Part shown: positions 38,234-48,251 of the stretch, one piece after another | Position numbering within the stretch: the first letter of the stretch is position 1 | Layout: each line of letters starts with the position of its first letter | The notes under the pieces: generated by a model | What the model was told of the DNA's origin: nothing | Databases searched by the model: none | What the model saw: the letters and a program-made list of their open reading frames with translations, nothing else | Position numbers and translations under genes: made by a program | Source: Alphaproteobacteria bacterium | GTDB lineage: Bacteria; Pseudomonadota; Alphaproteobacteria; UBA828 | Reading direction: 5' to 3' | DNA length: 64,000 nucleotides | NCBI GenBank assembly: GCA_965237415.1 | Contig: CBDEFM010000001.1 | Location: 320,001 to 384,000, forward strand

Positions 38234-39981
38234 CACGCCACCTCTGCAACGGGCTCGCCCAGCGTGACCGTCACCTTGCGGTCGCGCACCGCGATGTCGA
38301 CGTCGCGGTCGCGGGGGAAGAGCCAGAAGATCTCGCGCGAGAGCGCATCGGCGATGGAAACCTTGCGTGCCTCGTCGTCCGAACAAAGAAGCCTCGTGGC
38401 AATGTGAAGGGCCTCGTGGTCGAAGTCCGCCCTTTGCCGGTCCCACGAGTCGGCGTCGGCGTCATCGGAAGGCGAGAAGAACCCGGCCCGCATCAGCTCG
38501 GCGAGCGCATGGGGTTCGAGAGTGCTGGCGATGGTCACCAGCGGCAGGGCGTCGCCGACCCACGACCAGGCTTCGCCGGCGAACGCGAGATCGGTGTCGA
38601 GGTCGACGATGCGCCCCGGCCCCTCGGCCGGCCTGACCGCGAGGCCGATGCAGATCGCGTCGGGCTGCTGCGGCAGGGGCGCCTGCGGCGCGCCCGTCCG
38701 GTCGGGCACGGGATACGTATCAAGGGCGCAGGCTCGCCCCCCGGCCGTGACCGTGGTGTGGATGTTGCGGACCCGGTCGAGCCGGTCGTACCACGCATAG
38801 CCTTCGAGACGGCGGTCGGTCTCGAACAGGCGGTCCGCGATGCCGGCCCGCTTCGCCGCGCGCGCAAACGCCTGAGCTTCCGGCGGCTCGGGGTCGCAGG
38901 CCATGACCAGCGCGCCATCGCCGACGGCGGCACGCTTCGGCGGCTCGCGCCAGTCGTCGACGTCGGCGAGGCTCGCGCGCCAGGGGCGAAGCTCGGCCGG
39001 CGGCGCGGCGATGTCGATGTCGGCCTCGTGCGCCCGCTTGCGGTCCTCGAAGCACGGGCGCGGGTCCGGATCGGCGGCCATGGCGCGGAAGATGGCAAGG
39101 CGCGCGGCCTCGCGCATCCCGGCAAGGAACGGCGTCTCGACCGCCTCCTTGCGGGCGGGCAGCACCAGCTCCAGGTCGGGGCAGTCGTCGATATCGGCGG
39201 CCACCGTCCACTGGGGACCATGCACGGCTTCGACGGTCGGCAGGCGGACGGCCACGGTGAGGCCGTGGAAGTTCACATCCGGGTCGTTCAGGCCGAAGCC
39301 GTTCCAGCGGTCCTTGAACACGCCGAAGACCAACCCCTGCCAACGCTCGGCATGCAGCGCGCCGTCGAGGAAGGCGCAGCGTTCGAGCGCCGCGCCGCCG
39401 GCCGGGGTGTCCGGCACGTTCTCGAAGAAGACCGGCAGCGGATAATGGCGCGCGGCGGTCTCGGCGGCCCGGCGGATGGCCTCGGCGGTCTCGGTCTCCG
39501 TCGCCTGGAAGGTGACGGCGGTGCCATAGCGCCAGGGCGCGGCATCGTCGGGATAAACGTGGGCTTCGGCTTCGCCCAGGAAGTGCGCGGGCGTCAGCTC
39601 GACACGCCAGCCCGGGGCGGGGTCGTAGCCCGTGGTCCGGGTCCGGGACGAGACGGTGCAGCCGCGTCGCGCGAGGCTCAGCATGCCCATGCCGGCGGCG
39701 TCCTCGCGGCGGACCAGGTCCTCGTTCCAGCCGTTCTCGCCGAACGACAGCAGGACGGACGCGTCGGCGATGCCGGCGCCATCGTCGGCGACGGTGACGG
39801 TCAGGGGGCCGGTCTCAGGGCCGCCGACGATGACGTGGACGCGCGTGGCGCCGGCCCGACGGCAGTTCTGAAAGGTCTCGGTGAAGATGTCCGCGAGCCC
39901 GGCGGCATACATCCTTGTGACGCGGCGGATGGCGCCGTCATGGACCCGCGCGCGGATGGGCGAGGCGATGGAATCGTTCAT
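38233..39981 (-). CDS. GHKL (HATPase_c)-type ATP-binding protein
   Basis: ETFQNCRRAGA, VADDGAGI, AGMGMLSL, GTAVTF (Bergerat-fold motifs). Confidence 0.8.
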   Translation of the reverse strand: MNDSIASPIRARVHDGAIRRVTRMYAAGLADIFTETFQNCRRAGATRVHVIVGGPETGPLTVTVADDGAGIADASVLLSFGENGWNEDLVRREDAAGMGMLSLARRGCTVSSRTRTTGYDPAPGWRVELTPAHFLGEAEAHVYPDDAAPWRYGTAVTFQATETETAEAIRRAAETAARHYPLPVFFENVPDTPAGGAALERCAFLDGALHAERWQGLVFGVFKDRWNGFGLNDPDVNFHGLTVAVRLPTVEAVHGPQWTVAADIDDCPDLELVLPARKEAVETPFLAGMREAARLAIFRAMAADPDPRPCFEDRKRAHEADIDIAAPPAELRPWRASLADVDDWREPPKRAAVGDGALVMACDPEPPEAQAFARAAKRAGIADRLFETDRRLEGYAWYDRLDRVRNIHTTVTAGGRACALDTYPVPDRTGAPQAPLPQQPDAICIGLAVRPAEGPGRIVDLDTDLAFAGEAWSWVGDALPLVTIASTLEPHALAELMRAGFFSPSDDADADSWDRQRADFDHEALHIATRLLCSDDEARKVSIADALSREIFWLFPRDRDVDIAVRDRKVTVTLGEPVAEVA

Positions 39982-40005
39982 GGGCGGTCTCCTCAAACGA
40001 TGCGG

Positions 40006-40074
40006 AAACGAAAGCGCCCCGCGCGGCCTGCCCCGGCCTGTGAGCCGGGACGGGTTGCCGGCGGGGCGCTTCGT
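40006..40074 (-). terminator. Long terminator-like hairpin after the ParB-like gene
   Basis: AAGCGCCCCGC...GCGGGGCGCTT inverted repeat with a T-rich minus-strand tail. Confidence 0.6.
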
Positions 40075-40088
40075 GGGATGGCGGACGG

Positions 40089-42593
40089 TCAGTGGACGCG
40101 GCGCAGGAACTCGGGGATCTCCAGCGCGTCGTCGGCCACGGTGCGGCCGTTGACGCGTCCGGGGTGCGGCACGGTCGCGTCCGTGTCGATCGCCTCGGCG
40201 AGCTGCGGGTCGGCCGGGGGTTCCTCCGGTCCGTCCCGTCCGTTCACCGGTTCCGGGCCGGCCTCGCCCTCCGCACGGGAGGGAGCCGCGTGGCCGTTGC
40301 CGTTGGCAGGGCCGTCCGGGACGTGCGCGTCGCCCGGCGCAGGCTCGGCGGAGTCGCCACTGCCGTTCGAAGCATCGACCGCACGGGCGACAGCGAGGCG
40401 TTCGGCGACAGCCGGCGAGTCGATGCTCTCGACCACCGACGTCGTGCGCGGCTTCTCCTCGGACTCGGATGTTGCCGTTGCATCCTCCGATGCGTCCGCG
40501 GGTTTCGCCGGCTCGTCCGCCACGGCGGGTTCGGCATTGGCGTCGTCTTCAACGCCGCCGCCCCCGTCGAACGCCGCGAAACCGGGCGGCGCCCAGGCGA
40601 GCGCGGCGGCATGCGCCGTGGCGCCGAGGCCGACCGGCGTGGCGCCGGCCGCGAACGCGGTCTCCATCGCGTCGGCGAGCTTCGTCTTCTTGTACTTCGC
40701 GCGCGCCGACGTCCAGGCTGCGCCGAACGTGTCTCTGGCGACGTCGAGGATGCGGCTCTTCGTGATGCGCGACCACAGCATGGCGGCGGTCGGCCGGACA
40801 TGCTTCGCGAAGTCGATGTCGAGCCGTGCGACGGTGGCTTCGAGCTCGGGCCGGGCGTCGTGCTCGAAGGCGAGCTGGCCCTTGACCGTGCGCGCGATCG
40901 CGGCCGCGAACAGCTTTTCCTTGTCGGACCGGGGCAATGCCCGGAGTGCTGCGAAGCAGGCCGCGTCGTCGTCCCCTTCCATCCACTCGAACGGCAGGTG
41001 CGACCAGTCGGCGAGCATTGCTTCGCCCGGGCTCCAGGCGGCGAAGTCCTCGTCGTTGGCCCGCATGGTGGGCCGGTCGGCGGTCTCGTTGAAGACGATG
41101 TCGAGCGCGTGATACGAGCCGGTGTAGCCGCGCGCGAACACGGCGCGCACGAGCTGGAACACCACGAGGTCGAAGGCGGCCTCGAAGTCCTCGGCCAGAT
41201 ACGCCTTCACGAGCGCGGTGCGGATGGCGCGCAGATCGTCGCCGAGCCCGATGCCGACGCCGGCTTCCGCGCGCGCCACGGCACGCGGGTCCACCGGTGA
41301 GGCGATCGGCGTCGTGATGGCGGGGCCGTCCACGCGTCCCGAATCTGTGCCGTCGCCATTTGCGCCGGTGCCGGCATCCTGGGCGTTGCTGTCGGCGGCG
41401 GGCTCCTTCGGCATGTCCTCGGGCTTCACCAACCCCTGGATGACCTGGAGCGAGCCGTCGCGCCCGACGGTGGCGATGCAGCCGGCAATCGCGAAATCCT
41501 CCCGCCGGAACGTCGCCCTCGCCTCGACATCGGCCTCGATCGCGTCGAGACGCGGCTCAATGGCTTCGGCCTCCTCGACCAGCTCGTCGGTCCAGTCGTC
41601 CTCGTCGAGGTTGACGAGCTCGTCATGGCGGAGCCGCAGCTTCTCGATCTCGGCGGTCTCCTCGGCCGTCGGCTGGCCGGGCTCGGGATGGATGCGGCCG
41701 TAGCGCGCGGTGGCGCTCCAGTCGACGTCCGGCACCGCCTCGGCCCACTTCCAGCGGGTCGCGAGCTCGTCGGCGGCGGCGGTTAGCTTCGCGATGGCGA
41801 GCTGGTTCAGAAGCGCCGGGTCCTCGAGCCAGACGCCGTTCTCGTGCTCGTCGGCGAAGAGGTCGCGCAACACCGGGCCGCCCGCGGCCTCGTAGGCGTC
41901 GACGCCGACATAGCGGGCCATGGCGGCGCCTGCCGGCACCCGTTCCTCGGTCAGCATGCGCTTCACCTGCCAGGCGCTCGGCCGGTGACCCTGGGCCGAG
42001 ACCTGCTCCCACACCGCGCGCTGGCGGTCGTGGTCGGTGGTGACGGCGAATGCCTTCAGCGTCTCGAGGTCGATCTCATCGGCGCGGTAGGCATCCAGCA
42101 GCTCGGGCGCGGCGTTGCCGAGCCGGAGGCGCTGCTCGACGATGCGCTCGCTGACGCCGAAACGCGCGGCGATGGAAGCCACCGTGACACCGGCCCCGGC
42201 GAGCTCGCTGAACGCGACCACCTGGTCGGCGGGGTGCATCGCGATGCGGATGACGTTCTCCGCGAGCGAGAGCTCGCCCGCATTGCCGTTCGCGGCGATC
42301 TTGCAGGGAACGGGGTGATCGGCATGGAGCGTGCCGTCCTCGGCGAGCGCCTTCAGCGCCGCGAGGCGGCGTCCGCCGGCGACGACGGCGAAGCATTCGA
42401 CGCCGTCATCATCCGCACCGTCGGCGCGGGCGACGAGGTTCTCCAGCAGGCCGTGGGCCTTGATGGACGCGCGGAGCTGGACCTGGGCGAAGTCGTCGGG
42501 CGGGGTCTTGCGCACGTTCTCGGGCGCAAGCGCGAGCCGGCAGAGCGGGATTTCCCGGATGAGCGGCTCGGGAGGGGAAGCGATCTGGTTCAT
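40089..42593 (-). CDS. Orphan ParB/RepB/Spo0J-family protein with long C-terminal region
   Basis: PENVRK, SIKAHGLLENL, VVAGGRRLAAL, SLAEN..R..MHPAD, HTH; ORF stays open upstream to ATG 43022. Confidence 0.88.
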   Translation of the reverse strand: MNQIASPPEPLIREIPLCRLALAPENVRKTPPDDFAQVQLRASIKAHGLLENLVARADGADDDGVECFAVVAGGRRLAALKALAEDGTLHADHPVPCKIAANGNAGELSLAENVIRIAMHPADQVVAFSELAGAGVTVASIAARFGVSERIVEQRLRLGNAAPELLDAYRADEIDLETLKAFAVTTDHDRQRAVWEQVSAQGHRPSAWQVKRMLTEERVPAGAAMARYVGVDAYEAAGGPVLRDLFADEHENGVWLEDPALLNQLAIAKLTAAADELATRWKWAEAVPDVDWSATARYGRIHPEPGQPTAEETAEIEKLRLRHDELVNLDEDDWTDELVEEAEAIEPRLDAIEADVEARATFRREDFAIAGCIATVGRDGSLQVIQGLVKPEDMPKEPAADSNAQDAGTGANGDGTDSGRVDGPAITTPIASPVDPRAVARAEAGVGIGLGDDLRAIRTALVKAYLAEDFEAAFDLVVFQLVRAVFARGYTGSYHALDIVFNETADRPTMRANDEDFAAWSPGEAMLADWSHLPFEWMEGDDDAACFAALRALPRSDKEKLFAAAIARTVKGQLAFEHDARPELEATVARLDIDFAKHVRPTAAMLWSRITKSRILDVARDTFGAAWTSARAKYKKTKLADAMETAFAAGATPVGLGATAHAAALAWAPPGFAAFDGGGGVEDDANAEPAVADEPAKPADASEDATATSESEEKPRTTSVVESIDSPAVAERLAVARAVDASNGSGDSAEPAPGDAHVPDGPANGNGHAAPSRAEGEAGPEPVNGRDGPEEPPADPQLAEAIDTDATVPHPGRVNGRTVADDALEIPEFLRRVH

Positions 42594-43154
42594 GGAAGTC
42601 TCCGTCGATGAGGGAAATGGCGCGGCACGCGGCCTCTCCGGCCCGCCCGCGTCCGCCCGGCCGGGGCTCGTCTCCGCCTCGACAGGGCGCGCAGGCGGGG
42701 ACACGGAAATGTCGGCGGGACTGTGGCCGAGAGCCCCGGTTGGGTCGGCCGGGTGGCACGGGAGGGTGGTTGCCGGCTCGACAGTTCGAGCCGGCGGGTC
42801 GGCCTGGTCCGCGGCGTCGTCGAGAAGGCGCGCGGCCTTGTGGAGCGCTGTGGCTGCATCGCGCATGCACCGGGCGCTCACCGGTATCTCGGGGTACAGG
42901 TCGGGATCGGAGGTCCAGGCAATCCAGAAGGACAGCCCGGCGAGGGCTTCGAGCGCCTGCCTGAGGGCCTCGGCAGGGGCGCCGTGGATGGCGCGTTCGA
43001 ATACGGTCCTGTCGCGGGACATGTCGGACTCCTCCGATGGCGGAAACCGGCCCACCGCCCCCGCGCCATGGCGAGGCACGGGCGGCACGGGGGCATGTGC
43101 GGATATGGCGGGCGCGGAATTGGCGGGGCCGGTCGCGGCCGGATAGCGGGCGCT

Positions 43155-44495
43155 TCAACCCGTGGGAATGTCGATGCGTTCGCCCCAGGGCTCGCGGTTC
43201 CAGTCCGACGGCGGGTCCGAATAGTTGACCCAGCAGACCCCGAAATCAGGCTCAACCTCGGGGTAGCTGGAGCACTCCATGTCCGTGAAATACAGGCACA
43301 CCCCCGGCCGGATACCCTGCTCGTCGAGCCAGGCGAAGCCCGGCCGGAAGTCGGTGCCGCCCCGGCCCCTGATCACGATCTCGTCGGGGAGATCGTCGGC
43401 GGTGTATTCGGCCGCGTCCTGTACCGCCGAGTCGACCTGGAGGACGATGACGCGCTCCGGCTGGATCTCGGTCGCGACCTCGCGCAGCTCGGCCCAGAAC
43501 TCGGCAAGGGTCGCCGCGGGGAGCGAGCCCGAGGTGTCGACGATGACCGCGATCGCGTCGATGCCCTCGGAGCGGATCGAGGGCAAATAGAGTCCCGAGT
43601 CGATGAAGCGCCGGTTGGGCAGGCTCCAGCTGTAGTCGCGGCGCGCGGCGTCGGTCATGTAGCGGCGCAGCAGCGCACGCCAATCCAGCATGCTGGCGTG
43701 GGCGCCCTTCACCGTCTCCTCGACCCCGCCCGGCGCCTTGCCCTCGGCCTTGGCGAGATTGAGGGCCTGATGCATGGCCTCGTCCCACGCCTGCTCCTCG
43801 GCGATGACATCCACCGGCGACTCGTCCGCCTCGCCGTTGCCGCCGCCGCGGGCGCCCGCGTCCATGATCTCTCCGGTGCCGGAGGGATCGTGGCTCGCCG
43901 GTGCGTCGGACCCATCGCCCTGGCCATCCCCGTCCTGGCCGTCCGCATCCTCGTCGCCGCCATCGTCCGGGGAAGCGGAGGAACTGTCCGACTCCCCGTC
44001 ATCGTCACCGGGCGGCGACGGGGCGACTGCTCCGGCGCCGGAGCTTCCGCCGGACGGCGCGTTGCCGTCGTCGCCGGGATCTCCGTCCTGCGGCTCGGTC
44101 AGGCGGTCGTAGGCCTGCTCGACACTGAGCCCGTCCCAAGCCTCGGCCTCGGGCGGCAGGGTGAAGCCCGCGTCGCGCACGAGCGCGTGGGTGACGAGCT
44201 GCGAGGCCTGCTGCCAGCGCTCCGGGTCGCGCTCGCCCCGGCGGGTGTGGTGCTTCAAGGCGCAGGCCATCACAACGCGTGCCATCGCGGTCTCGATGAC
44301 ATGGGCATCGGTGTCGGCGATCCAGCGGGGCGAGTAGCGGATCTCGTGCCCGTCGCTCGCCAGTGTCTCGCGGCTCGGATCGGCGCGGAGCGGGAGCCGG
44401 AGCGCGAGGCTGCCGAAGAAGGGCTGCTTGCGCAGGAGCTCGGTCACGGTGGCGCTGGTGCGCTGCGCCGATTCCGTCTGCACGCGGCCGGCCAT
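43155..44495 (-). CDS. DUF2201-type metallopeptidase-like plus vWA domain protein
   Basis: QPFFGSLAL, acidic linker, VIVDTSGS (MIDAS), GRGGTDFRP, YFTDME. Confidence 0.85.
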   Translation of the reverse strand: MAGRVQTESAQRTSATVTELLRKQPFFGSLALRLPLRADPSRETLASDGHEIRYSPRWIADTDAHVIETAMARVVMACALKHHTRRGERDPERWQQASQLVTHALVRDAGFTLPPEAEAWDGLSVEQAYDRLTEPQDGDPGDDGNAPSGGSSGAGAVAPSPPGDDDGESDSSSASPDDGGDEDADGQDGDGQGDGSDAPASHDPSGTGEIMDAGARGGGNGEADESPVDVIAEEQAWDEAMHQALNLAKAEGKAPGGVEETVKGAHASMLDWRALLRRYMTDAARRDYSWSLPNRRFIDSGLYLPSIRSEGIDAIAVIVDTSGSLPAATLAEFWAELREVATEIQPERVIVLQVDSAVQDAAEYTADDLPDEIVIRGRGGTDFRPGFAWLDEQGIRPGVCLYFTDMECSSYPEVEPDFGVCWVNYSDPPSDWNREPWGERIDIPTG

Positions 44496-45406
44496 CACGC
44501 CGCCTCCCGTGCGGGCTCGGCGGCGGGTTCGGCCGGGGCCGCGAAGTAGCCCGCGAACTTCTCCATCAGCGCATCGGCGTCGCGCTTCACGCGGGTGCGG
44601 GCGAGTGGGTCGAAGCTCCGCGACGGGCGCAGCGTATCGGGATCGACACTCGCGATCTTGTCCTTCACCTGCTCGCAGAGGCGCGCGAGATCGTCGTCGC
44701 CGAAGATGTTGAGACGTGGCACAACGTCAACGAGCTCGCGGATGTTCGCGATCATGGAGTCGCGGAACACCAGCGGCTTGCCGTTCTCGTCCTCCTGCAG
44801 GCGCTCGGAGACGCGCTCGACGGCCTCGCCGAAGCGGCGGTAGAGGTCGCCCACCGCACCGTGCAGGCGCTCCTCGATCTGTTGCTCGATGTCGCGCTTG
44901 ACCCGTTCGATGTCGTCCGTCGCGAGCTTGGCCATGAACTGCTCGGCGTCCTCGACCGCAGTGATGCGGTAGCGGATGGAGAACTTGCCCCGCAGCGCCT
45001 CCTTCGAGGGATAGTCCTCGATGCGGAAGAGCTTGCCGAGGTCGAGGCGGGCCTGGTCGATGTTCTCGTCGTAGTCCTCGATGAAGCGGGCGCGCTCGCG
45101 CACGATGCGCTCGCGGAAGCCGTCCATGAGCGCGGTGTAGCGGTCGTAGTTGGCGACGGTGAGGAGGCGCAAGCCCTGGTCGTCCCAGGGAAGCGTCTGC
45201 TCGTAGTGGGTCGAGCGAATCTTGCTCACGGTTGCCGTCAGGGCGGCGAAGGCGGCCTTGGGCAGGAGGCGTTTGTTGTAGCGCCCGGCGCTGGCCGCGG
45301 CGTCGTGGTGGGCGGCGACGTGGTTCGAGGCCTGGCGGTCGTAGAGCCGGCCGGACCAGGCGGTGATGCGCAAGCTGACCTGCATGGCGTCGTCGGTGAG
45401 GTTCAT
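44495..45406 (-). CDS. Helical protein of the MoxR/vWA module (DUF3150-like)
   Basis: SLRITAWSG, NKRLLP, HYEQTLPW, LGKLFRIEDYPS; coupled to the vWA gene. Confidence 0.65.
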   Translation of the reverse strand: MNLTDDAMQVSLRITAWSGRLYDRQASNHVAAHHDAAASAGRYNKRLLPKAAFAALTATVSKIRSTHYEQTLPWDDQGLRLLTVANYDRYTALMDGFRERIVRERARFIEDYDENIDQARLDLGKLFRIEDYPSKEALRGKFSIRYRITAVEDAEQFMAKLATDDIERVKRDIEQQIEERLHGAVGDLYRRFGEAVERVSERLQEDENGKPLVFRDSMIANIRELVDVVPRLNIFGDDDLARLCEQVKDKIASVDPDTLRPSRSFDPLARTRVKRDADALMEKFAGYFAAPAEPAAEPAREAA

Positions 45407-45425
45407 GGGTTTCTCCCTGGTTGGG

Positions 45426-45575
45426 TTACCGGAGCGTCCACACGGGCACGCCCAGGGTCCGGGCGAGCTTCTCTCTCGCCGCTTCGAGGCTGGATGCGCG
45501 CACCTTGTATTCGCGCGAACCCCGCCTGCCGGCGGGGTAGTGGGTGATGCGCCAGAGCATGGCTTCCTCCGTCAT
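45426..45575 (-). CDS. Small basic protein (49 aa)
   Basis: ATGA overlap with the MoxR stop; fills the gap in the operon. Confidence 0.45.
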   Translation of the reverse strand: MTEEAMLWRITHYPAGRRGSREYKVRASSLEAAREKLARTLGVPVWTLR

Positions 45576-46597
45576 TGCGTCTTGGCCGCGGCCCAGCGGA
45601 TGAAGGCCGGGGAGCGCTGCAACGCCGGCTCGCGGCGCACGCAGGACCCGACGAGGAACTCGCCGACCTCGCGCCGGAGCCGCGTGGCGTAGGTGACGAT
45701 GGCGTCGAAGTTGATGTCGCTGGCGAGGCGGTAGAGCGAGCCGCAGAGCGCCATCAGCGCGCTCGCGTTCTCCGGGATGTCGGCGTTCGCGGGGTCGTTG
45801 ATGACGGCCCTCGGATGAGGCAGCTCGCGCCAGACCTTCAGGAACGCGGCAAACTCGACCGCCGCGGCCTCGCCGATGGTGCCGCGGAACAGCGCGCGCT
45901 CGGCCGCCGGGTCGAGGCCGTTGCGGCGCTGCACGATGTTGCTCGCGAAATGCCAGGTCCTCGGACACGCAAACGCGCGTTCACGCGACTGTGGATCGAA
46001 GTGATGCAGGAGGTCCGGTTCGAGCTGGACGAAGAAGATCACCTCGGCCGCGATGCCGTTGGTGGCGGCCCAGGCGCACCAGTCGTCCGCATCGACGCGG
46101 ATCTCGAGGTGGACGAAGCGCGAGGCGAGCGGGGTCGGCATCCGGTGCACGACGCCGCGGTCGGATTCCCGGTTGCCGCAGGCGATGAGCGATGCACCCT
46201 CGGGCAGCTCGTATTCGCCGACTTTCCGGTCCAGCACCAACTGATACAGCGCCGCCTGTACCATGGGTACAGCCGAGGGCAGCTCTTCGAGATTGATGAG
46301 CCAGAGGCCGGGATCGTCCGACGGCGGCAGGAAGGCGGGCGGCGCCCAGCGGGTGCGGTCGGCGCTGTCGCGCCAGGGGATGCCGCGCAGGTCCACGGGG
46401 TCGAGAAGCAGCGCGCGGACGTCGACATACTGGCGGTTCGCGTCGGCCGCGACCTGCTGGGCGATCATCGATTTGGCGGCTCCGGGCGGTCCCCAGACCA
46501 TACAGGGCTGGCGGGCCTCGACGAGGAGCGCGAGCGTGCTGGCGAGCTCACTCGGGCGCAGCGTGTAGTCGGCGGAGATAGTGGCGGGATTAGTCAT
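45572..46597 (-). CDS. MoxR-family AAA+ ATPase
   Basis: WGPPGAAKS, DPVDLRGIP, INLEEL, IACGNR, LASRFVH, CPRTW. Confidence 0.88.
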   Translation of the reverse strand: MTNPATISADYTLRPSELASTLALLVEARQPCMVWGPPGAAKSMIAQQVAADANRQYVDVRALLLDPVDLRGIPWRDSADRTRWAPPAFLPPSDDPGLWLINLEELPSAVPMVQAALYQLVLDRKVGEYELPEGASLIACGNRESDRGVVHRMPTPLASRFVHLEIRVDADDWCAWAATNGIAAEVIFFVQLEPDLLHHFDPQSRERAFACPRTWHFASNIVQRRNGLDPAAERALFRGTIGEAAAVEFAAFLKVWRELPHPRAVINDPANADIPENASALMALCGSLYRLASDINFDAIVTYATRLRREVGEFLVGSCVRREPALQRSPAFIRWAAAKTQ

Positions 46598-46852
46598 GGG
46601 CAGGGCTCCGAATGGCAGGGAATCGGCGCGGATGCCCTCCCCGGACATCCGGCCTTCGCCCCACCGGCTGCTCCGCTCCTGCTCTCTGCGGTTCGGCCTC
46701 ATGCGGCCGGCTGGATGACGGCGGCGGGGCGAACAGCGGGCAGGCCTGCCGTCAGGTGGGTGCGGCGGCCGGCTGTCGCGGAGAGGCAACGGAGAGGGCC
46801 GTCGTATACGGACGCGTCGGAGGCGTTGCCGGGTGCGCGGACGGCGTGTTAA

Positions 46853-47152
46853 ATGCCAGTCATGACCGGTTGGAGCGACAACATCGAGGCCGTCGCGCGT
46901 GCCGTGTGCGCGAAGAGGCTGGCGCATGACGGCATTAGCGAGGAGCAGCTCGCTGCCGACGTAGACATGTGGTGGCACTTGACTGCGGCGGAGCTCGAAT
47001 GCGGGGTCATCGACGAGACCGGGGAGTACGTGGGCGACGAGATCGACTGGAAACGCAATATGGACGGTTACCGCGACTGGATGCGCCGCCATCCCGAGAG
47101 CCGCGCGGTCTGGGAGACCGCCCGGTACGGGGCGCCGCTACCGCGAAATTGA
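46853..47152 (+). CDS. Hypothetical protein (96-99 aa), opposite orientation to neighbours
   Basis: Protein-like composition; converges on the PAPS-reductase-like gene. Confidence 0.55.
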   Translation: MPVMTGWSDNIEAVARAVCAKRLAHDGISEEQLAADVDMWWHLTAAELECGVIDETGEYVGDEIDWKRNMDGYRDWMRRHPESRAVWETARYGAPLPRN

Positions 47153-48015
47153 TGGATGCCGCGGCCGGGCGGAGACGTGCTTGCGAAGGCCGAGCGCCCG
47201 GCGCGCCGACGCCGCATCGGCGTCCACGGGAATGCCGGTCAGGTCCGGCAGGTACTGCCGCGTGGGCGACAGGGTGTGACCGATTCGCCGTTCGAGGGCC
47301 GCGTATTTGACGTAGAGATCGGGGCGCAGCTCGGCCGCGCGGCGCAAGTCTGGTCGCGATGCGAAAATGCAGAACGAGCACGAGCATCTCGACAACCCGA
47401 ATGAGTAAACGGGGTGCGGCGATTGGCCGGCCTCGGCGATGATGCGGAAGACGTCTTCTGTGGTGAGCTCGAACACCGGCAGCCAGTCAAAGACCTCACG
47501 GCCCGCGACGCTCATGCGCTCGTTGCGGCGCCACGGGATGCGCCTGGCGCGCCCTCGGCTCTCGTCGCGCCGCAAGCCGAGGGCGTTGACGAGCCGTCCT
47601 TCGAAGCGGGGATGGGCTTTCAGGTAGCGGCGGAGCCGCGCTGGATAGGTCCGCGCTTCGCATCCGACGTGCACCATCTTGCTGATTTCGAGGGCCACAT
47701 CCCCCTCTCCTCGACGCGTTCGAGCAAGGTCTTGCCGGAGGCGACGGGAGCCGTGATGAGCGGCACGCCCGGCGGAATCGTGTTCTCGATATGCGCGATG
47801 GTGCCAGGCCACTCCACCTCGCCCAGGGGGGCATGAACGACGAGAAGCTGCTCGCGGGGAACGAGCTGCGAGAGCAGGACCGTCATGGATTGGCTGTCCT
47901 TGCCGCCGGAGTGATTGACGGCGACGAGAGTGCCGCGCCGGATCATGTCGCGGCACTCGGGAGGAATGGAAATATCGGAAGTGGGACGGCGATGAAGCGG
48001 AGTGCGCGTGCTCAT
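47138..48015 (-). pseudogene. PAPS-reductase-family protein with a 1-nt frameshift near 47636
   Basis: SGGKDS and RWCTSDAKRGPI in one frame; GLRRDES, WLPV and RCSCSFC in another; restoring one A gives PIQRELRRYL. Confidence 0.82.
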
Positions 48016-48251
48016 GCCTCGTGTCCGTCGTGGTCAGTGAGGACCATGAATTTCGGAATCGAAACGAAGATCGGCGCGATCTGGTATCCGGTCTCGGCAT
48101 GGTGGTTGTCGGGCTCATGTCCGGTAGTGGCGACGATTGCTGCTGCGGGTTCGCCGTTCACGTGGGAACTAAATGGAGCGAAGTAGTCGTAGTCACCGCT
48201 CATGAGTGTCTGGAAGGCGCGCCGGTGTTCCTCGGTGATGTTGGTCGTCAT
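48012..48251 (-). CDS. Small hypothetical protein (79 aa)
   Basis: GAGG RBS; ATGA overlap with the PAPS-reductase-like gene. Confidence 0.6.
   Translation of the reverse strand: MTTNITEEHRRAFQTLMSGDYDYFAPFSSHVNGEPAAAIVATTGHEPDNHHAETGYQIAPIFVSIPKFMVLTDHDGHEA

Noticed and set aside
30179-44549. Large + strand ORFs (30179-33028, 38404-41112, 42723-44549)
   Set aside because: Antisense shadows of the helicase, GHKL, ParB and vWA genes
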